DNA from: an uncultured Rhodobacteraceae bacterium
GTDB taxonomy: Bacteria; Pseudomonadota; Alphaproteobacteria; Rhodobacterales; Rhodobacteraceae
Reading direction: 5' to 3'
NCBI GenBank assembly: GCA_947489445.1
Contig: CANLDN010000008.1
Location: 14,614-78,613 of the forward strand
DNA length: 64,000 bases
The translations under genes were made by a program, and so were the position numbers. Positions 19,141 to 28,379 of the stretch are shown piece by piece (the stretch's first letter is position 1; each line of letters begins with the position of its first letter). The notes under the pieces were generated by a model. That model was not told where the DNA came from, ran no database searches, and saw only the letters and a program-made list of their open reading frames with translations.

Positions 19141-19228
19141 ACAGGCCCCTGTTGGTCAGCAGACGGCGGGTCATTGCCTACCTTATTGTTTTGGGCAGCC
19201 CCGGTTTGCCGGTGGTCCGCCTGTCGTG

Positions 19229-19256
19229 AAAAGGGCCGCCCCATGTGGGACGGCCC
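19229..19256 (-). terminator. Stem-loop after the substrate-binding protein gene (mRNA stabiliser or partial terminator)
   Basis: Minus strand GGGCCG...CGGCCC followed by TTTT, between the SBP and the first permease gene. Confidence 0.55.
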
Positions 19257-19264
19257 GAAGGATT

Positions 19265-20920
19265 TTAGGCGGCAAAGGCCATTTTGTAGATCTGTGGCAG
19301 ATACGCGATGTGCATATCCCAACCGACCAGTCCGGGCTTGGCGTGACGGTAGAGCGAGCGCCAATAGGGTTGGATCGTCACACCTTCGTCGCGCATGATG
19401 GCCTGCAATTTGGCCATTACTTCGCGCCGGGCGTCTGCATCGGCGATCGAGTTCGCTTCGGCCAGCAATGCGTCGAACTCTTCATTAGCAAAGCCGCTTT
19501 CGTTCCAGGCTTCGCCAGAGCGGTAGGCCAGTGCCAGAATTTGCGTGCCCAGCGGGCGGTGGTTCCAGTTGGTGGAGCTGAACGGGTATTTGGTCCAGTC
19601 GTTCCAGAAGGTGGAGCCGGGGATGATTGTCCGTTTGACGTTGAAACCGGCATCGCGCAGCTGTGCGGCCACCGCGTCGGTGGTGTTTTTGCGCCAGTCA
19701 TCGTCGATGGAGACGATTTCCATTTCGAAATCGGCCATGCCTGCTTCGGTCAGCAGGGCAAGCGCGCCTTCGGGATCGTATGGCATGCCTTCGATATCGG
19801 CATATTCAGGGTGCATGGGGCCAACATGGAAGTTTTTGGCCGTCTGACCGCGATTGGCATAGCCGAGTTCCAAGCAGACCTCGTTATTGACGGCCATTGC
19901 GATAGCCCGACGTACGCGCACATCGGCATAGGGCTGCTTGCCATCAACTTCGGCCACTTGGTTGGGCCGGATCGCGATGGTCGCACCTGACGCCACTTCG
20001 GACCGTTCCCAGCCGATGCTTTCCATGATGTCAACGAAATCGCCGACAGTTTCATAGAGCATGTCGACCTCGTCCGCCGATGCGGCGGCGACCCATGCGG
20101 ATGGATCGGTGCCGTAGTCGATGAATTCGACGCGGTCGAGGAAGGCGCCTTTGCCGGCCTCATAGCCCCACCATTCGAAACCTTCATTGCGCACCAGCAC
20201 GCCTTTGACGCCGACTTCGATGCTTTCGGGCAGGTAGGGCCCAGTGCCGACAGGGTTGCCGACCATGTTTTCGGGGTCGAAATCAGCCGGGGTGATCGCA
20301 GCCGGATAGTCGGCCATGCCCGCAATCAACGAGATATCGGAGGCGGGCAGGTTCAGTTTGACGGTCGTGGCATCAACGACTTCGATGCCGCCTTCGACGG
20401 CTTGACCTGTGGCTTCATCGATCAGGGTTGCGAAACGTCCGGCCATGGAGTTGCCTTCGACGTTTTTGTCGCACCAGCCAGCGATGTTGCGGGCCACATC
20501 TTCGGCGGTGAAGTCGTCGCCATTGTTCCATTTAACGCCCGGCCGCACGTTGAGCGTGTATTCGGTGGCGTCGTCATTAACCGTCCAGCTTTCCAGCAGC
20601 ATGGGCGCGAAAGAACCGTCATTGTTATATTCGACGAGGTATTCCAGCCAGCCGTTGGAATAGTAAGCGATCTGGGTCCAGTCGTAGGTGCGCGGATCTT
20701 TCAGTGCGCGGACTTCCATCTGCATGCGCAATGTGCCGCCTTGTTGGGCGTGCCCGCCTGCCTTGGCCGGTGTGCTGAGCCCGAGAAGCCCGTAAGCGGC
20801 GGTTGTGGTCACACCAAGTGCGGTCGTGCGTGAAAGAAATTCCCGGCGGCTGAGTTTGCCTGCTTTTTCTTCGGCGGCATACATCAGTGCTGCTGGGTGG
20901 ATCTTTGTGGATTGCGTCAT
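19265..20920 (-). CDS. ABC transporter substrate-binding protein (family 5, peptide/nickel/opine), Tat-exported
   Basis: Twin-arginine motif SRREFL; LRPGVKWNNGDDFTAEDV-like motif (NVRPGVKWNNG), GTGPY and DVRVRRAIAMA. Confidence 0.92.
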   Translation of the reverse strand: MTQSTKIHPAALMYAAEEKAGKLSRREFLSRTTALGVTTTAAYGLLGLSTPAKAGGHAQQGGTLRMQMEVRALKDPRTYDWTQIAYYSNGWLEYLVEYNNDGSFAPMLLESWTVNDDATEYTLNVRPGVKWNNGDDFTAEDVARNIAGWCDKNVEGNSMAGRFATLIDEATGQAVEGGIEVVDATTVKLNLPASDISLIAGMADYPAAITPADFDPENMVGNPVGTGPYLPESIEVGVKGVLVRNEGFEWWGYEAGKGAFLDRVEFIDYGTDPSAWVAAASADEVDMLYETVGDFVDIMESIGWERSEVASGATIAIRPNQVAEVDGKQPYADVRVRRAIAMAVNNEVCLELGYANRGQTAKNFHVGPMHPEYADIEGMPYDPEGALALLTEAGMADFEMEIVSIDDDWRKNTTDAVAAQLRDAGFNVKRTIIPGSTFWNDWTKYPFSSTNWNHRPLGTQILALAYRSGEAWNESGFANEEFDALLAEANSIADADARREVMAKLQAIMRDEGVTIQPYWRSLYRHAKPGLVGWDMHIAYLPQIYKMAFAA

Positions 20921-21064
20921 TCTGTTCTCCCTGTGACTCGTCCATTGCTTTTCGGAAATAGAGTTTGCGCACGTGTCCCATGTATCAAACAACATCCCGT
21001 CCCGCGCTATCTCCGCACAAGTTTGGGGTGCAGGTCAACCGACGCTTTTGTCAAACATATGACA

Positions 21065-21095
21065 TTTACGACAGGTCATGTGTCGTAAAACGACA
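21065..21095. promoter_or_regulatory. Overlapping inverted repeats upstream of the ABC operon (candidate operator)
   Basis: TTTACGACA-N7-TGTCGTAAA (21065-21089) overlapping TGTCGT-AAA-ACGACA (21081-21095). Confidence 0.5.
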
Positions 21096-21140
21096 TTTTG
21101 AAATTGAAATATGAAAGTGCTTTGGTTCTGCGCTGCAGCA

Positions 21141-21953
21141 TTACGCCCGCGCGAGCCCACCCCGATTACGCCGGAAATCGGAGGGTGTTTGTCCGGATTT
21201 CTCCTGAAAACTGCGTGTGAAATAGGCCGCCGACTGAAAACCCAGCGCTTTGGCGACATCCTGAATTGGTGTGTGTGTATCGCGCAGTAATGTGCAGGCC
21301 TCAAAATGGATACGGTCATTAAGCAGTTCCAGCGCGGAGCGGTCGCAGGTTTGCTTGCAGCAGCGGGTCAGGTGTGTGGATGTGACATTCAGCGCAGCGG
21401 CATAATCGGCGACGCCCCGGTCAGAGTGGAAATCATGTGCAATCATTTCTGTGTAGCGCGCGACCAGTTTGGCGGCGGCAGAGTTGCGCCGCGCATCGAC
21501 CGTTTCGGGGTCACGGGCCTGCAATTGCCGTTCAACATAGATGCTGAGCAAACCAAGATGGCAGAGGGCGGCGCGCGGGTCACCATTGGGCTGGAGTTCG
21601 CGTTCGACCGCCTCCATCAGGTTTTGCAGCTCTTTCTGGGTGACGACGTCACGCAAGCGCAGATGAAACGGCGTTTCGGGCCAGTCGGTGCTGCTGGGCA
21701 GGCTCAATAACTGGGCAAAGACGGTTGGGCCGACCTCCATCCCATACATCGTATGGGCGGGTATAAAGATCAGGTTGTTGGGCCCATAGCCATTGGTCAA
21801 CCCTGCAACCGTGATCCGCCCCTGTCCCTTGGTGATATGGATCAGGCGCGGTGTTTCGTGGCTGCGCATGGCTTCGGTCCGCCAACGTGATGCCGGGCCG
21901 CCATATGTGATTGCCGTCAGGGCGAGCACCGACGGTTTCAGTTCTGTCATCAT
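21141..21953 (-). CDS. AraC-family transcriptional regulator
   Basis: N-terminal cupin-like region and C-terminal double HTH (VADYAAALNVTSTHL..., IQDVAKALGFQSAAYFTRSF). Confidence 0.9.
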   Translation of the reverse strand: MMTELKPSVLALTAITYGGPASRWRTEAMRSHETPRLIHITKGQGRITVAGLTNGYGPNNLIFIPAHTMYGMEVGPTVFAQLLSLPSSTDWPETPFHLRLRDVVTQKELQNLMEAVERELQPNGDPRAALCHLGLLSIYVERQLQARDPETVDARRNSAAAKLVARYTEMIAHDFHSDRGVADYAAALNVTSTHLTRCCKQTCDRSALELLNDRIHFEACTLLRDTHTPIQDVAKALGFQSAAYFTRSFQEKSGQTPSDFRRNRGGLARA

Positions 21954-22013
21954 GGTCATCAACTTTGCCTCAATGTTGATTTTTCACAAGTCTTGGCTGA
22001 AACCTGTTTGCAA

Positions 22014-22916
22014 TCAATCCATTGCATGATCAGCGAATCGCAGTGTTGCCGAAATGTCGGACATATCAGCAGGAAGCTGATGCCAGTCCTTATGCCGTGA
22101 TCTGAACCATGTGCGTTGCCGCTTGGCGTATTGGCGTGAGGCGATGATTGCAGCCTCGCGTGCGGCGTCCAGCGACATGTCGCCCATGAGATGGGCGATG
22201 AGTTCCGGTGCCCCGATGGCCTTTGATGACAGATGCGCAGGGTTCCAATGGGGCAGCATCGCGCGTGCCTCGTCCAGCGCACCAAGGTTCAGCATCTGGT
22301 CAAATCGGCGTGCGATCCTGTCGTTGAGCCAGTCTTTGGGGGCGTTGAGGCTGATGCAGGTCGCCTGTTCCATGGGCAAAAGCGGGGGTGGCGTGCTGTC
22401 TTGCCAATCAGCAAGACTGCGTCCTGTGTTTTGCAGCACCTCCCAAGCCCGCTGCACCCGCATGCGGTTTTGGGTGTCAATACGCGCCCTGGTTCGCGCG
22501 TCTAGATTATTGAGAAGTTCATTTAGAGGCAGTATGTTGGCGTGCTGCCTTAATGTATCTGGGGTGGCCGGTATCTCGGCCAGGCCTTGTGTCAGCGCGT
22601 TGAAATTCAGCCCTGTGCCACCAACGATGATGGGCCGCTTGGCGCCTTGCAGATACGAGGTCACATCGCGCAGCCAATGCCCGACGGAGTAATCCGCATC
22701 AAAGGGGACATGGCCGTAGAGTGCGTGTTTGGCTTCGGCCAAGTCGGCATCATCGGGCCGTGCTGTCAGGATGCGCCAGCCATCAAAGATCTGCAGCGCG
22801 TCGGCATTGACGATAACGCCGCCTTGAGATCGCGCGATATGCAAGGCAAGCGCGGATTTGCCGGAGGCTGTGGGCCCTGCGATCAGGACGGGTTTATGCG
22901 GCTGGATGGTGATCAT
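22014..22916 (-). CDS. miaA: tRNA dimethylallyltransferase
   Basis: [26 protein letters not shown] and [12 protein letters not shown] motifs. Confidence 0.96.
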   Translation of the reverse strand: MITIQPHKPVLIAGPTASGKSALALHIARSQGGVIVNADALQIFDGWRILTARPDDADLAEAKHALYGHVPFDADYSVGHWLRDVTSYLQGAKRPIIVGGTGLNFNALTQGLAEIPATPDTLRQHANILPLNELLNNLDARTRARIDTQNRMRVQRAWEVLQNTGRSLADWQDSTPPPLLPMEQATCISLNAPKDWLNDRIARRFDQMLNLGALDEARAMLPHWNPAHLSSKAIGAPELIAHLMGDMSLDAAREAAIIASRQYAKRQRTWFRSRHKDWHQLPADMSDISATLRFADHAMD

Positions 22917-23021
22917 CGCGCCATTAGTGCCGCCTGTATGAATTAGGGGCAAGCGGCCATTGAACCTGCCCCCGATTTCCGACATTTTGCGCGCTAACAA
23001 AAAGCGCATCAGGGGGACGCC

Positions 23022-23747
23022 ATGAGTGATACCGGGAAGACGACCTATAAACGGGTCATGCTCAAGATTTCAGGCGAGGCGCTGATGGGCGATACCTCTT
23101 TCGGGCTGCATCCGCCGACGGTGCAGCGGGTGGCTGCCGAGGTGAAGACGGTTCACGACATGGGCGTTGAGATCTGCATGGTGATCGGCGGCGGCAACAT
23201 CTTTCGCGGGTTGCAGGGCTCTGCCCAAGGGATGGAGCGGACGACGGCGGATTACATGGGGATGCTGGCCACGGTGATGAATGCGCTGGCCATGCAGTCC
23301 GCGTTGGAGGAGTTGGGTATTCACACGCGGGTGATTTCAGCGATTACGATGAACGAGGTGGCCGAACCCTATATTCGCCGCCGCGCTGTGCGTCACCTTG
23401 AAAAGAAACGGGTTTGCATTTTTGCAGCCGGGACGGGGAACCCCTATTTTACCACGGATACGGCAGCGACATTGCGCGCCAATGAGATGGCTTGCGAGGC
23501 GATTTTCAAGGGCACTAAGGTGGATGGCGTGTATGACAAGGACCCCGCCAAGCATGCTGATGCGGTCCGCTATGACAATGTGACTTATGATGAGGTGCTG
23601 CAAAAGCATCTGGGTGTGATGGATGCGTCGGCCATTGCGCTGGCGCGCGACAATGATTTGCCGATCATCGTGTTTTCATTGGATGAACCGGGCGGGTTCC
23701 GGGGCATTCTGGCGGGCGAGGGGACCTATACGATTGTCAAAGACTGA
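23022..23747 (+). CDS. pyrH: UMP kinase
   Basis: [33 protein letters not shown] and DGVYDKDP motifs. Confidence 0.98.
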   Translation: MSDTGKTTYKRVMLKISGEALMGDTSFGLHPPTVQRVAAEVKTVHDMGVEICMVIGGGNIFRGLQGSAQGMERTTADYMGMLATVMNALAMQSALEELGIHTRVISAITMNEVAEPYIRRRAVRHLEKKRVCIFAAGTGNPYFTTDTAATLRANEMACEAIFKGTKVDGVYDKDPAKHADAVRYDNVTYDEVLQKHLGVMDASAIALARDNDLPIIVFSLDEPGGFRGILAGEGTYTIVKD

Positions 23748-24744
23748 CCCGAAAGAAAATATCGGGCGCGGTTGGGCTGTCACGGGTTTTGCCATTGGTC
23801 TGTTGGGTTTGGTCGCAGCGGTCGCATTCGTCTGGATCGAAACGGCGCGGATTGACCGGACCGTTGTTGGGTTAATGCAGACCGAGCAGGAGTTGCGGGC
23901 CAGCTATGCGGCGCTGCAGGCGGAGTATTCGGATACGCTGCGCGCGTTGGACAATGCAAATCGCGCGATGTCGGATGCCTCAACCGCATTTGCGGCGGAG
24001 GTGGACGGTACCCGTGATGCGGATCAGTTGGTGGCCCGCATGACGGCATGGTCGGTTTTGACGTCAGGGACCGCAGGTGATCTGGGAAAATCGGCGGCGT
24101 TTGAATATCTGGCGGATCAGGGCGAGGCGTTTCAGCATCTTGATCTGTCCTGCCCGGCGTTCGGCGCAGATGAGACCCGTTGTCTGGCACCGGTTCGCAT
24201 TGATCGCCTGCGTCTGAGTGATGCCTATTTGGATCATATCGACTTTCGTCATGCGCAGTTTGTGCTTTTGATGATGACAGGCGGGACCCTGAACGATGCG
24301 TCGATGGACTATAGCTTGTTCCGGTCGATCCGCCTGAACGAAACACGGGTGTTGGATGTGATGGCCCGAGGTGCCAGGTGGTATGATGTTGATGTGACTG
24401 GTGGTACGATACAACGTTCGGACTTTACCGGCGCCCGGATGGGCAGCGGTCGCTGGTCGGATGTGCGTATCTCTGACACTGTTTTTGATAATGCGCTGGT
24501 CGAATATGTGCAGTTTGATGATGTGCGGTTCAGTGGGGTTTCGTTTCGCGGTGCTGGCCTGTCGGGCACCCGGTTCGAAAATATGCGCGGGTTTGAGGAT
24601 GTCGATCTGACTGATGTCTGGGCATGGAGCGATCAGATGCCGGTGGGTATTGATCCCGATTTGGTTGCGCAATGCGTATTTCCGGCCGATCGTATTGAAG
24701 GCAGTTCGCCTGTACGTGGTGAACGCCGCCCGGCGGATTGTTGA
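23734..24744 (+). CDS. Membrane-anchored pentapeptide-repeat protein
   Basis: N-terminal TM helix ([18 protein letters not shown]), coiled-coil-like segment, then ~25 degenerate pentapeptide units. TTG start at 23734 chosen from the upstream GAGGGGA SD; it overlaps the pyrH stop. Confidence 0.75.
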   Translation: MSKTDPKENIGRGWAVTGFAIGLLGLVAAVAFVWIETARIDRTVVGLMQTEQELRASYAALQAEYSDTLRALDNANRAMSDASTAFAAEVDGTRDADQLVARMTAWSVLTSGTAGDLGKSAAFEYLADQGEAFQHLDLSCPAFGADETRCLAPVRIDRLRLSDAYLDHIDFRHAQFVLLMMTGGTLNDASMDYSLFRSIRLNETRVLDVMARGARWYDVDVTGGTIQRSDFTGARMGSGRWSDVRISDTVFDNALVEYVQFDDVRFSGVSFRGAGLSGTRFENMRGFEDVDLTDVWAWSDQMPVGIDPDLVAQCVFPADRIEGSSPVRGERRPADC

Positions 24745-24765
24745 GCAATGGGCGCGTGGACCGCG

Positions 24766-25260
24766 CTAGTTGTTGGTTTCGATATTCGCGCGTATGACCG
24801 GTTCGAGGTAGATAAAATCGTCCGGCGCGCCTGTAAAATTGCTTAAGGTCAGCCGGTTGTTCGAAAAATGGCTGAGCTGATAGCGCTCTAGAATGTTGTC
24901 GGGGAGTGCGCGGTCTTGGGGATCGACAATGCGCCAAGGGCCATCGCAGCGCTGCTTGGCATCTCGATATTCGCCCCGAAAGATACCCGGATCGTCTGCG
25001 TTATCGCGGCATATCTTGGCCCAGCCGAACCAGTCAATTCCGCCAATCTGAATGAAATCATCCGGTATCGGCTTGTTCCAGGTCAATGCGACCGCAGTGA
25101 TATCTTCCGGAAATGCGTCGAAATCTGTGGTGATCGTTGTGGCGCATCCGTCAATCATGGGAATGGCTGTGTGTTGGGTGCTGGGTCGGAGTGCCAAAAC
25201 AGCCGCAAGAGTAACACATGCGGTCGCGACAATAGCAATTATGCGCCCTTTCGGTGTCAT
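24766..25260 (-). CDS. Membrane-anchored hypothetical protein, candidate immunity protein 2 (paralogue of 25297-25782)
   Basis: N-terminal hydrophobic helix; shares DF..F.EDI.A....W..PIP.....IGG.D..G.A with the upstream gene; last gene of the putative effector operon. Confidence 0.7.
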   Translation of the reverse strand: MTPKGRIIAIVATACVTLAAVLALRPSTQHTAIPMIDGCATTITTDFDAFPEDITAVALTWNKPIPDDFIQIGGIDWFGWAKICRDNADDPGIFRGEYRDAKQRCDGPWRIVDPQDRALPDNILERYQLSHFSNNRLTLSNFTGAPDDFIYLEPVIRANIETNN

Positions 25261-25296
25261 CTGTCATACGACACAGTTTGATAAGTCATGGCAACG

Positions 25297-25782
25297 CTAC
25301 GGCGCGTATTCTATGTTTTGAGGCTGTGTCGGTACAAGATAGAACCAATCGCGTGGCGGGGTTGTTGTATCTTGACCGACGAGGAGTTGCTCATTTTCAA
25401 TGTAGGATATGACATAGTTACCGGCTTTTATATCGGGCAGCGGGTTGTCTGATGGATGTTCATATCGAAGAGGTCCGATGTAGCGAACGCGACTGTTCAG
25501 AAAATGCCCTTGGAAGATATTCGGTGGATCGTCGTCATTGCGCCAGGCCAATGCATAGCCGATTTCATCCACCCCACCAATGAGGTGAAGTTCAGGGGGG
25601 ATGGGTGCCGACCATGCCTGTTCAATCGCAGCGATATCCTCATCAAAGGGCACGAAATCAGCCATTTCTTCTGACGACTTGAGGAATGTTTCGGGCATCG
25701 TGCTCTCCTTTTTGAAGAAAACAAAAAAAACTGCCACGACCAGCGCGGCTGCACCGGCAAGAATGACTTGCTTACCGGACAT
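25297..25782 (-). CDS. Membrane-anchored hypothetical protein, candidate immunity protein 1
   Basis: MSGKQVILAGAAALVVAVFFVFF anchor; ATG overlaps the stop of the effector-like gene by 11 nt. Confidence 0.7.
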   Translation of the reverse strand: MSGKQVILAGAAALVVAVFFVFFKKESTMPETFLKSSEEMADFVPFDEDIAAIEQAWSAPIPPELHLIGGVDEIGYALAWRNDDDPPNIFQGHFLNSRVRYIGPLRYEHPSDNPLPDIKAGNYVISYIENEQLLVGQDTTTPPRDWFYLVPTQPQNIEYAP

Positions 25783-26602
25783 AAAGACCTGCCGGGAATG
25801 CAAAGCCGCTTGCGACTGTCCCCGAAGACGACACGGTCAGCGCGCGGTAAGTTGTTTGAAGCTGGATGATTTGGCGCGCAGGAACTTCAATTGCGGTGCC
25901 AGCGGGGGCATCCATCGTCCCGCCAACAATCGTTCGCAGGATAATATCCAAATCGGGTGCGGCAGAGACATTGCCGTTGACGCCTGATTGGGACGCGACC
26001 TCCAATGCGAAGGTGAAGCAGTGATTGCCGCTGACATCATACGCCGCTGCTGTGCGCGCAGCGACGGCGGCTTTGCGTGTTTCGGCGAATGCTTTCATTG
26101 TATCGAATGAACCGTTGGGCACTTTGACATATACGGCATTGAAATCGTACGGCCCGCCATTCGTGCGTGTCAAAGCCTGCATCAACGCGGCCCACGGCCC
26201 AGCATTGGGGTTGTCATCTTGATCGAATGTCATTGTCACGCTAGCCGGACCGGCGACACTGCGCACCGCGCCAAAATTCCCGCCATAGCGCCCATATTCG
26301 TAGTAAGCGACTTCACCGGTTAATCCGTTGTAAAAAGCGACACCGGCGTGACCCAGCCCAAGCACCCGTACCCCGGACGCATTGGAACTGCCGATTGATA
26401 ATGGTGGATTCGAGCGCGGTTGCGTGAAGGTTTCACGTACTGAGCGTTCTTCGTCGATGGCGGCCCGTTCCAGCAAGCTCATTTCCCCACGGATCGCATC
26501 GTATGGGATTGTGATTGGCTGATTGGGATAAACAATCGGGATCACGGCGTCACATGGTCCCGGGCAGCGGGCGACGGGATCGTCTGGTGCGTCATCCTGC
26601 AT
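25772..26602 (-). CDS. Putative papain/permuted NlpC-P60-fold toxin (TseH-like T6SS effector candidate)
   Basis: VIPIVYP, LGHAGV (His85), YYEYGRY (Glu102) and YD..GNHCFTFA (Cys195); lies directly after a DUF4123-like gene (TAATG overlap) and before two immunity-like genes. Confidence 0.65.
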   Translation of the reverse strand: MQDDAPDDPVARCPGPCDAVIPIVYPNQPITIPYDAIRGEMSLLERAAIDEERSVRETFTQPRSNPPLSIGSSNASGVRVLGLGHAGVAFYNGLTGEVAYYEYGRYGGNFGAVRSVAGPASVTMTFDQDDNPNAGPWAALMQALTRTNGGPYDFNAVYVKVPNGSFDTMKAFAETRKAAVAARTAAAYDVSGNHCFTFALEVASQSGVNGNVSAAPDLDIILRTIVGGTMDAPAGTAIEVPARQIIQLQTTYRALTVSSSGTVASGFAFPAGLYVR

Positions 26603-27567
26603 TACGATGATACATCCTTGCTGAGTTCATTTTTCAATCTCATGGCCCGTACCAAATCTGGTGCACCTTCGCTTTCGTCGAGTGCCTTCACCACGCGCGT
26701 GTCAGTCAATCCTGCGGGCAAAGGCGCCACACAGTCAATAACCATACCGATTGCCTCGCGCGACCGCAGGGGGATCCCCAAGACAGCTTGGTAAAGTGCG
26801 GCGGCCTGTTCTTTGCCCAATTGATGGTCTTGTGTGAGATGGGTAATCATATCACGTCGAAATCGCGCTTCAGTCACATGCGAAAGTGCCCGGAAAATCT
26901 CCGCGCTGAGGGTGATCTGCAACGGGGCAGGTGGCCCGGAGGAGGTGTTGTCCAGCGACAGGCGCTGGCAGGTATCGCCAAGTGTGATGAATGCGTTCAC
27001 CATCCCGTTTCCGAAAAATGCCTGCCGTTGTGTTCCGGTCATCGCCATAAGATAGGCGGTCACGAAATCGGTTTCCCAAAACCGAAAGAAGAACCATTTG
27101 CCGCTGGTATCTTTGATCCTTGTAAAATGTCTTAGATGTTTGACAACGGTCCCGAGATCCTCCGCGCTATGTAGAAAGAACCCGGCTTTCGGCCAGAACG
27201 CCGTCAGTACGTTTGCGTCGGTGATGAGACCCTTTGAAAGATCGTTGGTTCCATCGAGTGCTACGATCCAAGGCCCATTTTCGCTCAATTCATCGCGTGC
27301 TTTTCCTTGGAACAGGCTTTGATGGGCCATACGGCTATTTGCAAGTATCTCGGGCAGATGTGTTATGATTGCGCCGTCAAGAACCGCATAGGTGTTTATC
27401 CCGTTTGGTACGTCAAACAGCACGGACCATAGATGTGTTTGCGTTGCGTCCTGATCATCTGAGCAGGGATGCGCATCCTTTATCGTGTCAATCAAAAGCT
27501 GCGGCGTTTGATCAATACCGATTTCCAAATCCGGCGCTGAAGCAGTCATTATATTGCTATCACTCAA
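26602..27567 (-). CDS. DUF4123-domain protein (T6SS effector chaperone/adaptor family)
   Basis: YAVLDGA, SLFQG.A.DEL...GPWIV.L, W...GFFLHS...L..V.KHLRHF and GKWFFFRFWE match the DUF4123 signature as recalled. TTG start is uncertain (alternative ATG 27549). Confidence 0.8.
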   Translation of the reverse strand: MSDSNIMTASAPDLEIGIDQTPQLLIDTIKDAHPCSDDQDATQTHLWSVLFDVPNGINTYAVLDGAIITHLPEILANSRMAHQSLFQGKARDELSENGPWIVALDGTNDLSKGLITDANVLTAFWPKAGFFLHSAEDLGTVVKHLRHFTRIKDTSGKWFFFRFWETDFVTAYLMAMTGTQRQAFFGNGMVNAFITLGDTCQRLSLDNTSSGPPAPLQITLSAEIFRALSHVTEARFRRDMITHLTQDHQLGKEQAAALYQAVLGIPLRSREAIGMVIDCVAPLPAGLTDTRVVKALDESEGAPDLVRAMRLKNELSKDVSS

Positions 27568-27784
27568 CTTTCCCTGTCACGTTAGGCAGTCTGGTGGGGC
27601 CTGTCAAAGGTTGCTCAGCTTTGGGTCAGATTTGTGCGGAACGTTCTGTTTTGTATCGGCAGGCGGCATTGCGGGCTAATGAAAAAATGCGAAAATGCTC
27701 TGGATATCTCGACCTATACAATAGTCAGCTATTCCCGTAAAACGATGAAAAGCCGGGCAAAGCCCGTGAAGTGGAAGAGCAGAA

Positions 27785-28348
27785 ATGTCAGACGAATTTG
27801 AACTTGATACCGATGATCTGTCCCGCCGAATGGATGGGGCAATTGCCAATTTGCGCACGGAACTTGCGTCATTGCGCACTGGTCGCGCATCCGGGTCCAT
27901 GCTCGAACCTGTCATGGTGGATGCCTATGGATCGATGACCCCGATCAACCAAGTGGGGACCGTGAACGTGCCAGAGCCGCGCATGGTGACGATCAATGTC
28001 TGGGATAAGGGCCTTGTCGGCAAGGTCGAAAAAGCCATTCGCGAAAGCGGGTTGGGGATCAATCCGCAGCTGAACGGTACGATCATCATGCTGCCCATTC
28101 CTGAACTGAACGAAGAGCGGCGCCGCGATCTGACAAAGGTGGCCGGTCAATATGCCGAAAGTGCCCGGGTTTCGATCCGAAATTTGCGCAAGGACGGTAT
28201 GGATCAGATCAAGAAAGCCAAGGCGGATGGCATGTCGGAGGATGACCAGAAGTTCTGGGAAACCGAAGTGCAGGAGTTGACTGACGCCCACATCAAGACA
28301 GTTGATGATACGCTTGAAACCAAGCAGGCCGAGATCATGCAGGTCTGA
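27785..28348 (+). CDS. frr: Ribosome recycling factor
   Basis: [28 protein letters not shown] and ARVSIRNLR motifs. Confidence 0.98.
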   Translation: MSDEFELDTDDLSRRMDGAIANLRTELASLRTGRASGSMLEPVMVDAYGSMTPINQVGTVNVPEPRMVTINVWDKGLVGKVEKAIRESGLGINPQLNGTIIMLPIPELNEERRRDLTKVAGQYAESARVSIRNLRKDGMDQIKKAKADGMSEDDQKFWETEVQELTDAHIKTVDDTLETKQAEIMQV

Positions 28349-28379
28349 CTGCCTGCTCACAGGAAAAAAGGTGGCTTTG

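Noticed and set aside
19028-19990. Long antisense ORFs in the track (e.g. 19028-19990 +, 27869-28723 -, 43965-44738 +, 48203-49117 -)
   Set aside because: They are shadow frames of well-supported genes in GC-rich DNA, with no recognisable motifs or SD sequences.
23735-27609. TGTCAAAG at both ends of the pyrH-frr insertion (23735-23742 and 27602-27609) as a target-site duplication
   Set aside because: Only 8 bp with non-matching flanks, no recombinase, and the left copy lies inside pyrH coding sequence; chance is likely.
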